Part shown: positions 17,738 to 26,425 of the stretch, piece by piece
Layout of the letters: the number at the start of each line of letters is the position of its first letter
Numbering within the stretch: position 1 is the first letter of the stretch
NCBI GenBank assembly: GCA_964451985.1
Contig: CAYVKB010000002.1
Coordinates: 32,240-96,239 of the forward strand
Direction of reading: 5' to 3'
From: an uncultured Fimbriimonadales bacterium
Lineage (GTDB): Bacteria > Armatimonadota > Fimbriimonadia > Fimbriimonadales > GBS-DC
DNA length: 64,000 nucleotides
The notes under the pieces: generated by a model
Told to the model about the DNA's origin: nothing
What the model saw: only the letters and a program-made list of their open reading frames with translations
Database searches by the model: none
Made by a program: the position numbers and the translations under genes

Positions 17738-18801
17738 GAATCGTTATCGCAGGCTACTATGGCTACCGCAATTGGGGCGACGAAGGCTCGCTGGCAACAC
17801 TGCTCAGCGGCTTGGACGTTCCTGTCCGTACACTGATTACTGTCCTCTCAGGCGACCCTGCGTTCACCGAACGAACCTACGGCGTGTGCGCCCTGCCGCG
17901 CATGGATTTAAGAGCCGTTCGGCATGCGATACGCCGCTCGGACGCGCTTATTTTGGGCGGGGGCAGCCTGCTACAAGACGTCACCAGCCTGCGCTCGCTG
18001 CTCTATTACCTTGTGCTGATACGCTGGGGCTTCGGCGCGCACGGTCGAGTGCTATTGGTTGGTCAGGGCGTGGGACCGCTACGACGCTTTATCAGTCGCC
18101 AGTTCGTGCGGGCGACCCTGCGCCAGGTTCCGTTCTTGAGCGTGCGCGATGCGGAGTCGGCGGTGCTGCTTCGCGCGATAGGCGTCTCACACGCTACGGT
18201 AGATGCCGACCTTACCTGGGCGTTAGCGGCGCAGCCCCCGCATGTGGAGCTAGATGCCGACGCCCGGTGGATTGGGCTTGCCCCACGCGCCTGGCGCGAT
18301 GCACCAGTGAAAGAGGCATTCACTGCTTTGTGCCGCCAAATTCAAGCGGACGGTTATCGCCCGTTGCTGATGCCGATGCAGGAGTCGCAAGACCGCGCCC
18401 TGTGCGAAACGATTGCCGCCGCAAGTAATTCGCGTGTGCTGCCGCCCCCTACACACCCTGCGCAACTGCTCGGCGTGATGCCACATCTGCACGGTATGGT
18501 CGCAATGCGCCTGCACGGCGCAATTTTCGCCGCTGCGCAGGGAACGCCCGTGCTGTGCATCTCTTACGACCCCAAAGTGGATGCCCTTGCAAACCAGCTA
18601 CGCGCGCCGCACCTCGAGCTTGCAAAACTGGGAACCGAGCGGTTGCAGGCGTGGCAGGCATTTCACACGCAGCGCGAGGCTCTGCAGGAGCAGCTTCGAG
18701 TCCACGCCGCGCCCCTGCACGAAGCGGCAACAACGCTGCTGAATCGAGTAAGCCACTTTCTGCATGCGTCCTTCCCAACGGACGCCGATTGTAGTACTTG
18801 A
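17734..18801 (+). CDS. csaB: polysaccharide pyruvyl transferase (CsaB-like)
   Basis: MRIVIAGYYGYRNWGDEGSL...GGGSLLQDVTS...GQGVGP...MRLHGAIFA. ATGA overlap with the kinase. Confidence 0.75.
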   Translation: MRIVIAGYYGYRNWGDEGSLATLLSGLDVPVRTLITVLSGDPAFTERTYGVCALPRMDLRAVRHAIRRSDALILGGGSLLQDVTSLRSLLYYLVLIRWGFGAHGRVLLVGQGVGPLRRFISRQFVRATLRQVPFLSVRDAESAVLLRAIGVSHATVDADLTWALAAQPPHVELDADARWIGLAPRAWRDAPVKEAFTALCRQIQADGYRPLLMPMQESQDRALCETIAAASNSRVLPPPTHPAQLLGVMPHLHGMVAMRLHGAIFAAAQGTPVLCISYDPKVDALANQLRAPHLELAKLGTERLQAWQAFHTQREALQEQLRVHAAPLHEAATTLLNRVSHFLHASFPTDADCST

Positions 18802-18882
18802 AACCTCAGCAGGGAAGCGCATCCTGCGAAAACACCGCAGAAATGCAACAAGAATCGCACAGGAATCTCGTTTCTGTAAATC

Positions 18883-20127
18883 TCACGCCCCAAACTTCTC
18901 CTGTACACCCATGAGTTGAGTGAGAATGTTGACCAAATCGCCCCCGCGCAGGCGTCCGAGCGCCCCTTTGGCGCAGGCGTATTCGTGGAAACGCAGTACC
19001 TCGTCGCCGCGCAGGTCAGGTCCGTGCAGCAGCACGGGCACAGGGTCACCCGAATGGTCGCCCACCGAGCAGGGCGTCGAGTGGTCGCCCGTGACCATGA
19101 GATAGAACGGCTCGGTATACTGCTCCAGCAGGCGGGCGATGAGGGCGTCGATTTTCTCGATGACCTGCGTCTTGAGCATGGGGTTGCGGTCGTGCCCGCA
19201 CAGGTCGGGTGCTTTCACATTACACAACACGAAGTCGTACTGGCGCAGAGCGTTAGCAAGTGTGTCGGCGATGCTGTCATAATCGGTATCGATCCCGCCG
19301 GTTGCGCCGGGCGAGTCGAGCGTGTCCATGCCCACGAAGCGCGCGATGCCGCGGATTAGTCCCGTCTCTACGACAGCGACGGCAGTCATACCGTGTTTTT
19401 GAGGGAACGGGTCTAAATGCGGCGCGATACCCGCCCCGCGCGGCAGGATAATGTTCGCAGGGGGCAGACCCCTTGCCCTGCGCTCGCGGTTCACAGGATG
19501 GTCATTCAGCCGCTCGTAGGAGAGTTTCACAAAAGCGTTCACGATTTGCGCAGTGTGGGCAGCGGCTGCGTCGTTAAGATCCAGTGGCTGCGCCGAGTGT
19601 ATCAACTCGCCGTCGGTGTGCGGGTCGACATCGGTGATATGGGGGCTTAGCCCCTCACCGCGCAGCACCAGCGCACCCCGATGCGCCACCGATTCTTTGA
19701 AATAGCACTGTACGCCCTCAATCTCCACACCATTCACCGCCTGCGCCAGCTCCGCCGTGCCCTCCGTGATGCGTCCTGCGCGACGATCCAGCACGCGCAT
19801 CTCTGCATCCACCGTGCTGAAATTGCAGCGAAGCGCGACGTCGCCCCCGCGCACCTCCATCCCAATCCCCAACGCCTCAAACGGACCGCGCCCCTGATAC
19901 ACTTTGTAGGGATCGTAGCCCAGTATGGCCAGATGCGCTGTATCCGATCCGGCGCGGATGCCCGGCGCAATCGGATCCATCAGTCCGCACTCGCCCTCGC
20001 GTGCCAGCCTGTCCAACGTCGGTGTAGAAGCGTACTCCAGCGGGGTCTTGTGTCCCATCGAAGCCACAGGGCGGTCGCCCAAACCGTCGGCAATCAGCAG
20101 TAAACCCTTGTACAACGCACGCGCCAT
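18883..20127 (-). CDS. apgM: 2,3-bisphosphoglycerate-independent phosphoglycerate mutase, archaeal type
   Basis: LLIADGLGDRPV...TPTLDRLAREGECGLMDP...GSDTAHLAILGYDP...TGDHSTP. Start set at ATG 20127. Confidence 0.9.
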   Translation of the reverse strand: MARALYKGLLLIADGLGDRPVASMGHKTPLEYASTPTLDRLAREGECGLMDPIAPGIRAGSDTAHLAILGYDPYKVYQGRGPFEALGIGMEVRGGDVALRCNFSTVDAEMRVLDRRAGRITEGTAELAQAVNGVEIEGVQCYFKESVAHRGALVLRGEGLSPHITDVDPHTDGELIHSAQPLDLNDAAAAHTAQIVNAFVKLSYERLNDHPVNRERRARGLPPANIILPRGAGIAPHLDPFPQKHGMTAVAVVETGLIRGIARFVGMDTLDSPGATGGIDTDYDSIADTLANALRQYDFVLCNVKAPDLCGHDRNPMLKTQVIEKIDALIARLLEQYTEPFYLMVTGDHSTPCSVGDHSGDPVPVLLHGPDLRGDEVLRFHEYACAKGALGRLRGGDLVNILTQLMGVQEKFGA

Positions 20128-20143
20128 AGCAGTTCGAGTATAC

Positions 20144-20800
20144 CTACACGCCCAACAGCAACCGCACAAAGAACTCGCGCAGCGGAATCAAGATATAGCT
20201 TAGCGGGTTCGGAAGCCGAATCAACGGTAAGATGAGAATGGAACCGAACAGGATTATGGGACCATACACCGTTTGAAAGTTCCAGTAGCGCGGGTCGAAC
20301 ACATCCCTTAGAAAGCCTGAAAGCACTTTGGAGCCGTCCAGCGGGTGCAGCGGAATCAAATTAAAAATAGCCAGCCCGATATTTACCAGCACCAGCGCGA
20401 GCAAGAAGTCCACATACACATTATCGGGCAGCGGCTGACCCGACGCCAGTAGAAAGCGCAACGGTATCGCAAATATAATCGCTAAGATGACATTCGACAA
20501 CGGTCCCCAGAATGCGCACATTACCCAGTCGCGTCGCATGTTGCGGAAGTAGCCAGGGTTCACGGGCACGGGCTTGCCCCAGCCAATACCAAAACCAGAA
20601 ATCGCCGTGAAGATAATCAGAATCGTGCCCAGTGGGTCTAAATGGGCGATGGGATTGAGCGTCACGCGCCCTTGACGACGGGGCGTAGGGTCGCCTGCCC
20701 AGTCCGCATACTTTGCGTGCGCGTATTCGTGTACCGTTAGGCTAAGCAGGATGGCAAGAATCCACAATATGGTCTGTATCAGGTTGTCTATGCTCAACAT
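20144..20800 (-). CDS. site-2 protease family (M50) membrane metalloprotease
   Basis: HEYAHAKYA zinc motif, LNPIAHLDPLGT, multiple TM helices. Start set at ATG 20800 (MLSIDNL), preceded by GGTATACT. Confidence 0.85.
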   Translation of the reverse strand: MLSIDNLIQTILWILAILLSLTVHEYAHAKYADWAGDPTPRRQGRVTLNPIAHLDPLGTILIIFTAISGFGIGWGKPVPVNPGYFRNMRRDWVMCAFWGPLSNVILAIIFAIPLRFLLASGQPLPDNVYVDFLLALVLVNIGLAIFNLIPLHPLDGSKVLSGFLRDVFDPRYWNFQTVYGPIILFGSILILPLIRLPNPLSYILIPLREFFVRLLLGV

Positions 20801-20857
20801 CGGGCGAGAGTATACCCGTCGGAACTCACCCAATGGGTCGTCAGGTATCTTATAGGT

Positions 20858-22666
20858 ATGTACCGCATGTGCATAATAGGGTTGCTGGGGATGCTGCTGC
20901 TGAGCGTCGTTTCGGCGCAGCTGCGGCAGATTCAGTTCAAGACGGAGGTAATCCTAGAACGCGTCGCTTACGCGCCCGGCTCGACCATAAACGGCATTGT
21001 GGTGATGCAGGTGGATAAGCCCTATCATGTGAACGCCAATCCCGCTTCGGAGGACTACCTAATACCAACCGAGCTGCGCATCGAGGCAGGTAGGGGCTAT
21101 AAGGTGGGTAAGATTGAGTATCCGAAGCCCAAAGAGAAAGCCTTCGCCTTCTCAGAAGGCAAGCCCCTCAAGATTTACGAAGGGCGCGTGCCCATCAGGT
21201 TTCAGATTGCGCTGGACAAAGCTGCGTCCAAAGGTACGTTGACCCTCAAGGCGACGCTGCGCTATCAGGCGTGCGATGACAACGCTTGCTATCCCCCGCG
21301 TACCGCACCGATTGAAATCAAGATTCCCGTCGCCGACAAAGACGGCGCGGTGAATCCGCAGTATCAGGAGGCAATCAAAGGCAGCGAGTCTGCCTTGAAC
21401 GACACGGTTGGTGTAAGCGGGCTGGTAGAATACAGCAGAGGTTCGGGCGGTTTGGTGGGACGGCTGGAAGAATCGTTCCGCACGGGGCAGTGGGTGTGGT
21501 TCACGCTGATTTTGTTTGTGGGGGGGCTGGCGTTGAACCTGACGCCGTGTGTGTTGCCCCTGATACCCATCACGCTGGGCTTTTTCAGCATGCAGTCGCG
21601 TGGGCAAGCGGGTCAGCGTGTGGGCTTGAGTGCACTGTACGCGCTGAGCATGGCGGCGATGTACGCAGTGCTGGGAACGGCGGCGTCGCTGGCGGGCAAG
21701 GCGTTCGGCTTCCAGTTTCAGAACCCATGGGTGCTGGGCACGCTGATTGCACTGATAGTGCTGTTCGCGCTTGCGCTGTTCGGGGTGTATAAGTTTCAGG
21801 TACCACCTGCGCTGATGCGGTATGTGGGAGCGCGTCAGGGCTGGGTTGGCGCGATTCTGATGGGGGTGTTGGCGGGCGTGGCGGCGGCGCCGTGTATCGG
21901 TCCTGTGATTGCCGCGCTGATTCCGATAGTGGCGGCAGCGGCGAACCCGATGGTAGGGTTTCTATTCTTCCTTGCGTTGGGATTGGGGCTGGGCGCGCCC
22001 TATTTTGTGGCGGGACTGTTTTACGAGCGTGTGCAAAAGCGCATCCCCCGCTCCGGCGAGTGGACAATCCTGGTAGAGCGCATCTTTGGCGTGATGCTAT
22101 TAGCCGTTGCGCTTTTTTTCGCCAGCAGCCTGATGAGTCCCCAAGTGTACGGCTGGGCGTGGATAGGGTTTCTGGGACTGACCGCGCTCTATTTCCTGTT
22201 TGGCGAGCGCAAGGAGATTACGCAGCCCCGCGTGGTGCGCCTCAAGCAGGTGTTGGGCGTCTTGTTCGTCGCGGTGATGGTGAACAACGCCCTCTCGATG
22301 ATGCGCCCGAAGGTAGAAATTGCGTGGCAGCCCTACAGCGTCGCGCTGATAGAGCAAGCCAAAGCAGAAGGCAAGCCTGTGCTAATCGACTTCACCGCCA
22401 CATGGTGTCAGGCATGCGGCGAGCTAAAGCACTACACCTTCACTGACTCTGCCGTCGTGCGCGAGTCGGAGCGGTTCGTGCGCCTCGTGTTGGACGCTAC
22501 CACTGAGAGCGACCCGACGGTGCAAGAGGCACTCAAACGCCACGAGGTGGTGGGGCTGCCGACAGTAATTTTCATCGATTCGCAAGGCAACGAGCGTCGC
22601 GACCTGCGCCTGACGGGGTTCGAACGCGCGAATAAGTTTCTGGAGCGCATGCAGCAGGTACGTTAG
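20858..22666 (+). CDS. dsbD: thiol:disulfide interchange protein DsbD-like
   Basis: Signal peptide, N-terminal domain with YQACDDNACYPP, a CcdA-type TM core (LTPCVLPLIP), and a C-terminal thioredoxin fold with WCQAC. Confidence 0.85.
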   Translation: MYRMCIIGLLGMLLLSVVSAQLRQIQFKTEVILERVAYAPGSTINGIVVMQVDKPYHVNANPASEDYLIPTELRIEAGRGYKVGKIEYPKPKEKAFAFSEGKPLKIYEGRVPIRFQIALDKAASKGTLTLKATLRYQACDDNACYPPRTAPIEIKIPVADKDGAVNPQYQEAIKGSESALNDTVGVSGLVEYSRGSGGLVGRLEESFRTGQWVWFTLILFVGGLALNLTPCVLPLIPITLGFFSMQSRGQAGQRVGLSALYALSMAAMYAVLGTAASLAGKAFGFQFQNPWVLGTLIALIVLFALALFGVYKFQVPPALMRYVGARQGWVGAILMGVLAGVAAAPCIGPVIAALIPIVAAAANPMVGFLFFLALGLGLGAPYFVAGLFYERVQKRIPRSGEWTILVERIFGVMLLAVALFFASSLMSPQVYGWAWIGFLGLTALYFLFGERKEITQPRVVRLKQVLGVLFVAVMVNNALSMMRPKVEIAWQPYSVALIEQAKAEGKPVLIDFTATWCQACGELKHYTFTDSAVVRESERFVRLVLDATTESDPTVQEALKRHEVVGLPTVIFIDSQGNERRDLRLTGFERANKFLERMQQVR

Positions 22667-23277
22667 CGATAGAGTTCAGGGGTGAACGCTTCGGGCGGCG
22701 TCTCGGCTCGGAGGCGTCGCACCGCGCCGTTTAGAGTCAGTACCAGCACCCAGCCCCGCGCGCCCGATACGCGGTCAGTTTGCCATTGCGGGTTGAACTG
22801 CTGCGCCCAGTGCCAGTGGCACTCGGCAAGCGGGGTCAGTTCCTCCCACTTACCTGCGCCGTAGGGCGGTCCGGGCTGCCACCAGCCCAGCTGCCGCGCA
22901 ATCGCCCAGTTCGGCACGTAGGTATAGCTTACGCCGCTGGGCAAGTAGAAATCTCCCTCCAGCCGAAATGCACTGCCCAGCGTATCGCGCACCTGATGTT
23001 TGCCCTCCAGCGGGTCGACAGGACATACAAAGACACGCGGGGCCCTCACATAAGCGCGCGTCGCTGAGAGATAGGGTGGCAGCTCTTGATAGTCCTCGCG
23101 GTACATCCGCACCGCAAGCCCAATCTGGCGCAGGTTCGAGATACATGCCGTGCGCTGCGCTCCACGTCGCGCACTGAGCAAAGCCGGCAGCAGTATCGCC
23201 GTCAACAGCGCAATCAGTGCCATCACGACCAACAACTCGATTAGAGTGAAGCCCCGAAGCCGTCCCCAGCAGTACAT
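22663..23277 (-). CDS. prepilin-type N-terminal cleavage/methylation domain protein
   Basis: [44 protein letters not shown]. Start uncertain (ATG 23277 or TTG 23301). Confidence 0.7.
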   Translation of the reverse strand: MYCWGRLRGFTLIELLVVMALIALLTAILLPALLSARRGAQRTACISNLRQIGLAVRMYREDYQELPPYLSATRAYVRAPRVFVCPVDPLEGKHQVRDTLGSAFRLEGDFYLPSGVSYTYVPNWAIARQLGWWQPGPPYGAGKWEELTPLAECHWHWAQQFNPQWQTDRVSGARGWVLVLTLNGAVRRLRAETPPEAFTPELYR

Positions 23278-23384
23278 ACATACCGTTAGACGCAGGCGCA
23301 AATGCGGGGTTTCAGTGGGGCGTGTCCGTTTTTTGGAGGCGATTGAGTCTTATAGGGTGGAGAGTACCTTCCTTCCTTACAAAA

Positions 23385-23411
23385 ATCCCCCTGCCCGACG
23401 GGCAGGGGGAT
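23385..23411. terminator. bidirectional intrinsic terminator (serves the minus-strand OMP gene)
   Basis: AAAAA-ATCCCCCTGCCC-gac-GGGCAGGGGGAT-TTTTT. 12-bp GC-rich stem flanked by an A run and a T run, 31 nt after the stop at 23442. Confidence 0.75.
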
Positions 23412-23441
23412 TTTTTGCGTAGCGTGTGGAACGAGACAGCC

Positions 23442-23966
23442 TCAGAACTGGAACATCACGCCAACCGTGAAACCGTTGACGTTGTTACGGGAGATACCCG
23501 CGTAGCCTGCCGTGAGGGCAATCGGGGTCTGTCCGCCTGTGCTGAAGTTGTAGCCCAGTTCGATGGAGTAGGAGAACGAGGCGTCGTCGGCGGTGAACAC
23601 GCTCCCTTTCTTGGGGAAGCCGACGCCCGCACCCGCGCGGTAGAAGAACTGCTCGTTCACATAGCCCGTGAAGGTGACATGCAGCGGAATGTAGTAGTTA
23701 TTGCCCGCTCCACGGTAGCCCACCGACGCGCCCAGGTCATAGTAATAGCCTGTATCGGTCGGCTCGCTGGTTTGGAGCTTGTAGCCCAGGTCGATGCTGA
23801 ACCACACGTCCTCCGAAGCACGGCGCACGCCCTTCTGGCTGGGTAGAAACACACCCGCGTTCAGTGTGAACCCCTGCAGTTCCGTCTCTTGCGCAGAGGC
23901 AGGCGCAGTCAGCGCGAGTGTCCCAATCAGCGCCGCCGTCGCTAAGCACAATAGTCCCTTGTGCAT
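23442..23966 (-). CDS. small outer-membrane beta-barrel protein
   Basis: Signal peptide MHKGLLCLATAALIGTLALTAPASAQE, alternating beta-strand pattern, C-terminal aromatic residue (..MFQF). AAGGAGGG RBS before ATG 23966. Confidence 0.7.
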   Translation of the reverse strand: MHKGLLCLATAALIGTLALTAPASAQETELQGFTLNAGVFLPSQKGVRRASEDVWFSIDLGYKLQTSEPTDTGYYYDLGASVGYRGAGNNYYIPLHVTFTGYVNEQFFYRAGAGVGFPKKGSVFTADDASFSYSIELGYNFSTGGQTPIALTAGYAGISRNNVNGFTVGVMFQF

Positions 23967-24065
23967 GATACATAACCCTCCTTGTAATGTAGTGTACGTT
24001 GCCCAAGACCACTTGGGCAACGCACCTAAATTATACCTAATCGATTTTCTATGGGTTCAAAATCG

Positions 24066-24968
24066 TTACCAGCAGATGGGGGTCGTGGTGGAGCCGCAGG
24101 TGCGCTCACACACGTTCACCACCGGCGTATCGGGAATGCCGAAGTAGTCGCCGAAGCACTGCCCGTGTGGATTGACAGTGTTGAACTCGCCTTCATTCTT
24201 AGGCGTGCGACCGTTCCACCCCGGCGGGTAGTTGAAGAAGTAGTAGGTGTTCGTATTGCGTTGAGCGCAGACACCCGAGAAGGTCTGTCGCCATGCAGGC
24301 GGAATCTCACCGCCGCGCGGCACGCCCAAGTGGTGCGACCACTTCACATGTCCATCCAGATAGGCGATGTTGCTTCCCAAATGATGGCGCGGCCAGATAT
24401 CATACTTGAACCAATACTCAAACCAGTACGTTCCTGCGTTGTAATACCAGTAGCCGTCTACAAGAGCGATGGTTTCGGCAGGTCGCGGTACAAACGCTTC
24501 GCTGACCACTTTACCTTCGTTGCGGTAGCCGATGGTAGAAATCCGACAGGTGAACAGGCTGAACACGCCGTAGTTTGGCACGACAGCGAAGTAGCGGAAC
24601 GTACCCACGCTGCGGTTGGAGCTGTTGCGGAATCGCAGGCGCGCGGGCCAATCCATCCCACCATTCTCATTCGGATAGGAAGGACAGGTCAATATCTCCG
24701 CGCTTTTGCGGTAGGGATGCAAAAGATCGAACAGATACACAATCAGCGTGCCCTCGCCGCTGATACCACGCGGGTACAGTGCGTCGTAATCGTTCGTGTA
24801 CATTAAAACCGACTGAATATTTTGTCTTAGATTAGACAAGCACTGCGTCTGACGCGCCTTTTCTCTCGCCTGCGCAAACACAGGGAACAGAATCGCCGCC
24901 AAAATCGCAATAATGGCTATGACAACCAGTAGCTCGATAAGGGTAAACCCTTGGAATCGCGTTCGCAT
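24066..24968 (-). CDS. prepilin-type N-terminal domain / DUF1559 (H-X9-DG) protein
   Basis: [44 protein letters not shown] and [16 protein letters not shown]. Confidence 0.85.
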   Translation of the reverse strand: MRTRFQGFTLIELLVVIAIIAILAAILFPVFAQAREKARQTQCLSNLRQNIQSVLMYTNDYDALYPRGISGEGTLIVYLFDLLHPYRKSAEILTCPSYPNENGGMDWPARLRFRNSSNRSVGTFRYFAVVPNYGVFSLFTCRISTIGYRNEGKVVSEAFVPRPAETIALVDGYWYYNAGTYWFEYWFKYDIWPRHHLGSNIAYLDGHVKWSHHLGVPRGGEIPPAWRQTFSGVCAQRNTNTYYFFNYPPGWNGRTPKNEGEFNTVNPHGQCFGDYFGIPDTPVVNVCERTCGSTTTPICW

Positions 24969-24985
24969 GACGTACCTCCTGCGGT

Positions 24986-25014
24986 ATTATACACTATTCC
25001 TACCTTTTTTGCAA
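24986..25014 (-). promoter_or_regulatory. sigma70-like promoter TTGCAA-17-TATAAT for the DUF1559 gene
   Basis: Minus-strand TTGCAA (25009-25014), 17-nt spacer, TATAAT (24986-24991). GGAGG and ATG 24968 lie downstream. Confidence 0.45.
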
Positions 25015-25073
25015 GCCCCGTGAATCGTTTCTTGCTCTACTCGCCTCTAACCCCTGTGGAGGTATCCGTAGGG

Positions 25074-25628
25074 ATGATTACAGAGCGTGTAGAGGTACGG
25101 TCTCAGGCGGCGAGTGAGGCGGACGCACCGTCGCGTGCGGCGTTGCCGCCCTGGCTGATTTGGGGCGGGATGATTGGCTTGGTACAGATTTTCGCCATCG
25201 CGACGGTGCAGCCGCTGGGCGTCTCCACCGCCTATCCACAACTGGTTGGTTGGTTCGTCGATAAGATTGTGCCAGGCTTTGCTGAGTCGCAGCCGTATTT
25301 GCAAAAAATCGGCGCGAAAATCGGCTGGGAAGTGATGCTGATTACCGGTTTGGTGCTGGGGGCGTTCCTCTCCAGCATTCTGCCGGGTGGTCGCAGCACG
25401 GCGGCGTGCGATTTGCCCAATGTGTTCCGCTCCTCTTGGGGGCGTGGGCTGGCGGCGTTCGTCGGCGGGTTTTTGATTCTGTTTGGCGCACGTCTGGCGG
25501 GTGGCTGCACTTCGGGGCACATGCTCAGCGGGATTGCGCAGCTGGCGCTGAGTGGGTTCCTGTTCGGCGCGGCGGCGTTTGCTACAGGCGTGCTGACAGC
25601 GACTTTGCTCTTGAAGCGAGCGAGGTAA
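25074..25628 (+). CDS. YeeE/YedE family sulfur-compound transporter subunit
   Basis: GARLAGGCTSGHMLSG motif, four TM helices. Start set at ATG 25074. Confidence 0.8.
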   Translation: MITERVEVRSQAASEADAPSRAALPPWLIWGGMIGLVQIFAIATVQPLGVSTAYPQLVGWFVDKIVPGFAESQPYLQKIGAKIGWEVMLITGLVLGAFLSSILPGGRSTAACDLPNVFRSSWGRGLAAFVGGFLILFGARLAGGCTSGHMLSGIAQLALSGFLFGAAAFATGVLTATLLLKRAR

Positions 25629-25638
25629 GGAGGCAAAT

Positions 25639-26190
25639 ATGGAAACTGTTCAGATTTTGGGGCTGATTACAGGGCTGATGTTTGGCTTCGCGTTGCACCG
25701 TGCCGGGTTCAGCCGTTGCGGGCTGGTGATGCGTGGGCTGGCGTTCCGCGACTTCACGATGCTGAAGGTGATGCTCACAGCAATTGCGGTGGGCATGGTG
25801 GGCGCGGCGGCGCTGGCGACCTTCGCGCCCGAGTATGCGCACCTGAAGGTGAAGTCGCTCTATGTGTGGGGCGTTCTCGTGGGCGGGTTAATCTTCGGTG
25901 TTGGGATGGCGATTGCAGGCTACTGTCCGGGCACCGCGCTGATTGGCTTGGGCGGCGGCGTGCGCGATGGCTTGCTCGCCGTGATGGGTGGGCTGCTGGG
26001 CGCGTTTGCCTTTATCCTCGCTTATCCCGCACTGGAGCCGGTGCTGATGAAGCCACTGGATTTGGGCAAGCTCACCCTGCACGAGGCGCTGCACCTGCCC
26101 TACTTGCCCACCGCGCTGGTCGTGGCTGCGATGTTGGGCGGTATCGTGTTCTGGCTGAACAAGCTGGAAGCAAAGGCGCAGGCGCGTTAG
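25639..26190 (+). CDS. YeeE/YedE family membrane protein (second half-transporter)
   Basis: LITGLMFGFALHRAGFSRCG...GMAIAGYCPGT. Adjacent to its paralogue. Confidence 0.8.
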   Translation: METVQILGLITGLMFGFALHRAGFSRCGLVMRGLAFRDFTMLKVMLTAIAVGMVGAAALATFAPEYAHLKVKSLYVWGVLVGGLIFGVGMAIAGYCPGTALIGLGGGVRDGLLAVMGGLLGAFAFILAYPALEPVLMKPLDLGKLTLHEALHLPYLPTALVVAAMLGGIVFWLNKLEAKAQAR

Positions 26191-26253
26191 AGTAAGAGAC
26201 TATTGAGGATACAGGGCATAGGGTTCCTCAAGAGATAGCGCCCGAATATGCCT

Positions 26254-26350
26254 CTGGGGGGCGAGGTGCCCGCTGAGCCTCCAGCCTATACCTTCGCGAA
26301 GTATCTACCATAGTCGGAAGCGGTTCGGCAGGCGTCTCGCCCTCCAGGAG
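26254..26350. repeat. inverted pair of the GC-rich core GG(C/T)TCGGCAGGCG(C/T)CTCGCCCTCCAG
   Basis: CTGGGGGGCGAGGTGCCCGCTGAGCC (26254-26279, inverted) and GGTTCGGCAGGCGTCTCGCCCTCCAG (26322-26347). Same core as the array at 44596-44940. Confidence 0.5.
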
Positions 26351-26425
26351 GTGCGTTTCAGTGGCAAACCCTCATCAGCGATGCTCACGCCTGCAATTGT
26401 AAAATAGCACCTTTAGTGTCTTTCC

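Noticed and set aside
22663-22666. The 4-nt convergent overlap of the dsbD stop with the pseudopilin stop, as a possible functional signal.
   Set aside because: Short convergent overlaps of stop codons are common in compact genomes, and no associated structure was seen.
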